64,000 nt of DNA, taken from the IMG/VR virus record IMGVR_UViG_2049941000_000011. One strand, given 5' to 3'. The notes beneath the pieces were generated by a model, which was not told where the DNA came from, made no database searches, and saw only the letters and a program-made list of their open reading frames with translations. Each line of letters opens with the position of its first letter. Position 1 is the stretch's first letter. This document shows, piece by piece, positions 59,877-64,000 of this stretch. A program made the position numbers and the translations under genes. This DNA comes from an uncultured virus (IMG/VR IMGVR_UViG_2049941000_000011) (taxonomy: Duplodnaviria > Heunggongvirae > Uroviricota > Caudoviricetes).

Positions 59877-61418
59877 TTACGATATAACAGTATAGCTAAG
59901 ATCGATTAAATCGCTGGTCAAAGCGACGTCACCACTTTTATCAGGGAAAGTATATTCTCTATGAGCAGTCAATAAATGTCTATCTTTCGTAGAATCATAC
60001 GTTCCAAAATAGAAAATACCCAATTTGCCATTATAATTTCCTATAAAATCTTTTTCAGAATCTGGTTGGAATTGAAAACCCTTGCCAACAAATCTTATCC
60101 ATCCGTCATAAACAGATGAGCTATACGTTCCAGCGTCTGCAACCAAATGACTATTAAGTCCGTTTATTCTTACATCGGCTAAAGAGTTATTAGATTTGTG
60201 GCTCAGTGCATCACTTTCTATGTACCAGCCACTAGCCATCATGTCGCCATGGCCGTCGGCATATCCTACTATCAATTCATAAGCATAGGGACTACCAGAG
60301 TACATCTTTAAATAACCAGTAAGTGCAGAGCTAATATTACCAATAGTAGCTATTTCATTATTAGCTACGCTAGTTGAACCATAGAACGCTTTACCTGTTC
60401 CAGATGTTGACAACTGAATATTGTTGTTTGAAGCAGCGGATAATAATAATTCACCTATAGAAGCGACTTTAAAACCATTACCGTTCGTTGAGCCAATTTC
60501 GCTACAATTATCAAAATCTGAAGTCGCAGATGAAGCATATGTGAAAAACAAATTATATCCGTCTTCAAATGCGCAATGCGCATCTACTAGTTTTGTTCCA
60601 CCAATAACTTGAGTTGTATCGCGTGTCATTACGTTTAAGGTTTGACTACCAACTGTAATATTTTCAGAACCAGAAGTATTTGACATCGATATACCTAAAT
60701 TCGCAGGAGTTAAATTAACATTACCCGATCTATATGATTGTTCAGCACTTCCTTTAACACCCGAAACAAAACTCGAAGGTATGTCAGAAGTAAGAGCAAG
60801 CTGACCAGATTGACTTGGCGGAGTAAGAGTAATATTACCGCTCAATCCTGTGAGATTTAACGATAATTCATGGCTGTTACCCCAAAATATATAACGGCCA
60901 CTTGTTTTAAAAACCAAATCTGTTCCTGCTGAGCCACTACCAGAATAAATCATCGCTGGATCTTGTGTCAAATTCTCTGCATCTTCATCATACCAATAAA
61001 AATACAATCCAGGATTAGGCGCATTTTCACTACCGTCCACTTCTATATCATCTATAAAACAAGGAGATGTGAGAACATCGTTCCAAATTTGGCCGCCAGT
61101 AATAAATCCGCTGTTACCATTTTCAATACGACCACTGAAGTCACTTTTAATAGTTGCTTCACTCTTATTATCTACATTGCCCAAATCAACATCTATTTTA
61201 GATAATTGAAAATTAACTGTTTGGCCAGTAGATGAATTTAATGTAAATGAACCTACAGAGCTGCCATTTTTTTGTAATGTAACCGTAGTATCATATACAG
61301 TAGGAATAATAGGTTGATTAATAATATTTTCCCACTTGGTTCTTGGATACAAATTAGTATCCGTTATAATTACTCCATCATCAACGGGATGGAGGGTTAT
61401 ATCTTTTTCTGTTGGCAT
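59877..61418 (-). CDS. Second tail-fibre-like protein
   Basis: VDLGNVDNKS, GVKGSAEQSYRSGNVNLTPANLG, FPDKSGDVALTSD fibre motifs. Confidence 0.75.
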   Translation of the reverse strand: MPTEKDITLHPVDDGVIITDTNLYPRTKWENIINQPIIPTVYDTTVTLQKNGSSVGSFTLNSSTGQTVNFQLSKIDVDLGNVDNKSEATIKSDFSGRIENGNSGFITGGQIWNDVLTSPCFIDDIEVDGSENAPNPGLYFYWYDEDAENLTQDPAMIYSGSGSAGTDLVFKTSGRYIFWGNSHELSLNLTGLSGNITLTPPSQSGQLALTSDIPSSFVSGVKGSAEQSYRSGNVNLTPANLGISMSNTSGSENITVGSQTLNVMTRDTTQVIGGTKLVDAHCAFEDGYNLFFTYASSATSDFDNCSEIGSTNGNGFKVASIGELLLSAASNNNIQLSTSGTGKAFYGSTSVANNEIATIGNISSALTGYLKMYSGSPYAYELIVGYADGHGDMMASGWYIESDALSHKSNNSLADVRINGLNSHLVADAGTYSSSVYDGWIRFVGKGFQFQPDSEKDFIGNYNGKLGIFYFGTYDSTKDRHLLTAHREYTFPDKSGDVALTSDLIDLSYTVIS

Positions 61419-61419
61419 A

Positions 61420-61854
61420 TTATTCCTCCTCTTCCTCGTATCCGACTAATGAAATAAAATCTTGCCCTGTTCCTCCAACAGGATATCCCATGCTTGTTCC
61501 ATCTACAGACCTATAGCCCATGTTGTAATTAGCAACACGCTTTTGAATCTGGAACGCTTGCTTTGCAGCATCTTCACGATTAACATAAGGAAGAACTGGA
61601 CTAACAATAAAAGATTGTGCAAAGTTATTTTGTATCTTATATAAATACGCATATGAGCCTTCGTCTAGATCTTCCATCGTTACATTTAATATATCACGTA
61701 TAACGGTTGACTCATCAGCGACGTCAACGATATCATAATGAGTTGCGTCTTTACGTTTAACAACTTGACATAAAATAATATTGTCTTGACTGTTTAATTC
61801 TTGGATGACCATGTCACGAATTATGTCAAGCATTTGATTAGAAGCTTTATTCAT
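61420..61854 (-). CDS. Small structural protein, paralog of the 59865 gene N-terminus
   Basis: RD.xQEL...LCQVV...HY...DES...LN...EG.Y.Y.YKI.N...SFI. Confidence 0.65.
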   Translation of the reverse strand: MNKASNQMLDIIRDMVIQELNSQDNIILCQVVKRKDATHYDIVDVADESTVIRDILNVTMEDLDEGSYAYLYKIQNNFAQSFIVSPVLPYVNREDAAKQAFQIQKRVANYNMGYRSVDGTSMGYPVGGTGQDFISLVGYEEEEE

Positions 61855-61874
61855 GACCTGCCCCTCCTTAATAT

Positions 61875-61902
61875 AAAAAACCTCTGCCGAGATGGGCAGA
61901 GG
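61875..61902 (-). terminator. Intrinsic terminator
   Basis: CCTCTGCC-CATCTC-GGCAGAGG followed by T6. Confidence 0.85.
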
Positions 61903-61929
61903 AAATGGTTAACAAAAAGTTAACGGATG

Positions 61930-62220
61930 TTACTTGTTAACTTCGTCGATATCTTCGACAACCATGTATTCGCGGTTTGCTGGTTTTCTACCACCCTTCT
62001 TTTTAGGAGCTGGTTTTGGTTCCTCAGTAAGTTCCACGTCACTAATATTTAAAAATTTTTCCTTTTCACCATCTGTATTTTCTAATTTATCTTCATCAAG
62101 AATAATTTTATGAGGAGTTTCTTCAACGACTTCATCAACTGTAGCTAGTTTTCTGCGCATTCCCANNNNNNNNNNTAAAGCATTCTTTCTGAGTAAATCT
62201 TGAAGTGTCATTTTCTTCAT
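61930..62220 (-). CDS. Hypothetical charged protein
   Basis: AAGGAGG SD; contains an N gap. Confidence 0.6.
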   Translation of the reverse strand: MKKMTLQDLLRKNALXXXXGMRRKLATVDEVVEETPHKIILDEDKLENTDGEKEKFLNISDVELTEEPKPAPKKKGGRKPANREYMVVEDIDEVNK

Positions 62221-62232
62221 AAAATTTCCTCC

Positions 62233-62586
62233 TTACTTACTATTAACAGTTTTAGACCATGAGCATAAATCTTTAATAGTAGCGATAATCTTATTAATTA
62301 ATTCATCATCCAACTTAACACCTAATCTTGCACAAGCAGCTTTTACGCCTTCAAGACACATATTAAGTTTGTCTTCACTTGTCATTTCTGGATGTTGCTT
62401 AGCATAGTTTTCAACAGCTGTCATACTTTCTTTAACAACACCGACAATTGTATTCCATTCCTTGTTCTTGATAACTTCTTTGATTTTACCAAATAAAACA
62501 ATAGCGGTTGGAATTAAACCAGCAAGCAAGCCAATCAATGTGCAAATAGAAATAATTAATTGAATAACGTTTTGTACTTCTTCCAT
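62233..62586 (-). CDS. Probable holin (LL-H-like)
   Basis: N-terminal TM segment, AVE...SEDKL pattern; AAGGAG SD before MEEVQ. Confidence 0.6.
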   Translation of the reverse strand: MEEVQNVIQLIISICTLIGLLAGLIPTAIVLFGKIKEVIKNKEWNTIVGVVKESMTAVENYAKQHPEMTSEDKLNMCLEGVKAACARLGVKLDDELINKIIATIKDLCSWSKTVNSK

Positions 62587-62710
62587 AAAATCTCCTTTAC
62601 GGTCTAAACCGTCACAATAAAAACACAATTTTATTTCTTTGTAAAAATACCTAATTATTTAAGTATCTTTAAAAAGGAATAACAGGGCCTAGAAAAACTA
62701 GGCCCATTTA

Positions 62711-62860
62711 TTATTTCTTTTCTTTATAAGCCGGACACTTGTTACAACGATCCGTTTTAAACTTGTGCGTTACATTACAATAATCTTGATGTGTGCAATT
62801 TTTATGAGTTAATTTACACTTATAAAGCTTGCTACCATCGCCATTCAAATATTTGCACAT
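62711..62860 (-). CDS. Small Cys-rich protein (49 aa, not in ORF track)
   Basis: MCKYLNGDGSKLYKCKLTHKNCTHQDYCNVTHKFKTDRCNKCPAYKEKK; weak SD; followed by hairpin GGGCCTAG/CTAGGCCC. Confidence 0.5.
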   Translation of the reverse strand: MCKYLNGDGSKLYKCKLTHKNCTHQDYCNVTHKFKTDRCNKCPAYKEKK

Positions 62861-62869
62861 GTCTAGTTA

Positions 62870-63925
62870 CTAAGCAACAACAACGCTTTCGTCAATAACT
62901 TCTGGTTTTGCTTTGATACGAATATCATAAGTACCAGCTTCTAATTCACCATCAGCTGGGAAATCAGAATAATCTGTACCAGAATGTGCCTTATATTCTA
63001 AGTCAGAATAGAAAGCTTTTGTTAAAGTGCCGTCTGGTGTAGAACCATAGATGTCAATTGGTGTACCAGCAACTAATGTTTCAGCATCAACGATTAATTC
63101 TGTAACATCAGTATACCATTTACGGTCATAAATGATTTCTCTAATGTTGAGTAATAAACCGCTGCTTGCATCACAAGCATCATTAGTAGCAGCCATTGCA
63201 CTACCAGCTAATGACATGTTTTGGTTAGAGGACATATTCATAGAGAATTCTTGTCCACCGTTAAGACTGAATCTTGGAACTTCAAATTGAATTTCGCCAG
63301 CAGGTCTGCCACGAGAAGCAGCACAAGCGTCACCAGCAAAGATTGGAGCAGTAATAACTAAGAACAATTCTTGTGGGATGATTGTAGAACTGATAGAAGC
63401 GACTTTAGCACCACTAACTTCACCTAAATAACGAACACAATATTTGTCGCTTAGAGAATGACCAGCAGGAAGTTTATACTTACCATTGTCTTCATCAAGC
63501 ATAAAATATTCGTCAGTTCCGACTTTGCAAGCCCAAGCAAGTTTTTCGCTGCCGCCACAGTTTAAGCCACCGATTGCTTTAATGTCGCTGATAGTAATAC
63601 CTTCAGCAGTGAAAGTAACTTGTTCACCGTTGTTGTAATACTTATATGCTTCATTTTCGTTTTCGAATTCAGCGCCTAATTGTGCTGTAACATATTCAGG
63701 TTTCCATAAAATATCTGTTAAAGTAATTTCAACAGTAGAATCATGACAGAAAACGAATTGAACAGGAGCACCTTGTCCACCACGGATTTCGTCTTTACTT
63801 GTAGAGATATTTAATCCAGAGTCTGTTAAAGTTTTAGCGACAAAAGCAACTTCATATTTGTTAGTTGCAGGATTATATCTTAAAGCTTCAGCTTTACCGA
63901 CACTACCTAAAAATAATTTTGCCAT
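62870..63925 (-). CDS. Probable major tail (tube) protein
   Basis: AGGAG SD before MAKLFLGSVG; KTLTDSGLNISTSKDEIRGGQG and QFEVPRFSLNG patterns; position upstream of tail genes. Confidence 0.6.
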   Translation of the reverse strand: MAKLFLGSVGKAEALRYNPATNKYEVAFVAKTLTDSGLNISTSKDEIRGGQGAPVQFVFCHDSTVEITLTDILWKPEYVTAQLGAEFENENEAYKYYNNGEQVTFTAEGITISDIKAIGGLNCGGSEKLAWACKVGTDEYFMLDEDNGKYKLPAGHSLSDKYCVRYLGEVSGAKVASISSTIIPQELFLVITAPIFAGDACAASRGRPAGEIQFEVPRFSLNGGQEFSMNMSSNQNMSLAGSAMAATNDACDASSGLLLNIREIIYDRKWYTDVTELIVDAETLVAGTPIDIYGSTPDGTLTKAFYSDLEYKAHSGTDYSDFPADGELEAGTYDIRIKAKPEVIDESVVVA

Positions 63926-64000
63926 ATCTTTTCTCCTTCTAAATTTCATTATAAATTATTAACGCGGCTCTTAACGTCGTCAACATCTTGAAGATAACCA

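Larger units (their letters stand above)
1..64000 (-). mobile_element. Segment of a large tailed bacteriophage genome
   Basis: Co-oriented tail, tape-measure, fibre and holin genes, a phage-type replication module, tRNAs, homing endonucleases and dense small ORFs; no host housekeeping context. Confidence 0.95.

Noticed and set aside
1450..61644. Plus-strand and nested short ORFs in the track
   Set aside because: They are antisense shadows of real genes or of the ncRNA island, with no SD or recognisable motifs
1..64000. Stop-codon reassignment or suppressor tRNA
   Set aside because: Long genes are intact in code 11, TAG and TGA end genes normally, and the TAG-anticodon tRNA is Leu (reads CUA), not a suppressor
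1..64000. CRISPR array, diversity-generating retroelement or retron
   Set aside because: No regularly spaced repeats, no reverse transcriptase motifs and no TR/VR pair seen by eye

Overview
This is a 64-kb AT-rich segment of a large tailed dsDNA phage, most likely with a long tail and a Firmicutes/Bacilli-type host (sigmaA-like promoters, GGAGG Shine-Dalgarno sites). Every credible gene is on the minus strand and reads in standard code 11. In transcription order (right to left) it carries: tail, holin and fibre genes; a RuvC-like resolvase, tyrosine recombinase and GIY-YIG nuclease; nrdH-nrdD-nrdG; a ~2.8-kb mostly non-coding RNA island (47.4-50.2 kb); a giant tape-measure locus and baseplate/fibre genes; many small accessory ORFs; and a replication module (SSB-like, Sak/Rad52, DnaB, primase, DnaE, RecD2) with two more tRNAs. 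The RNA island holds two tRNAs, repeated pseudoknots, a 6S-like hairpin and a separately transcribed ~575-nt ROOL-sized RNA inside a boxA-like stalk. Two notable genes are missing from the ORF track: a probably leaderless 54-aa ArfA-like ribosome-rescue gene and the 5' end of an IscS/NifS gene. The tape-measure locus also has an N-terminal PD-(D/E)XK-like domain and an AT-hook. The scaffold has many N gaps, an Illumina adapter and chimeric gap edges, so split ORFs are mostly assembly artefacts. All family calls come from motif recognition by eye, not database searches.
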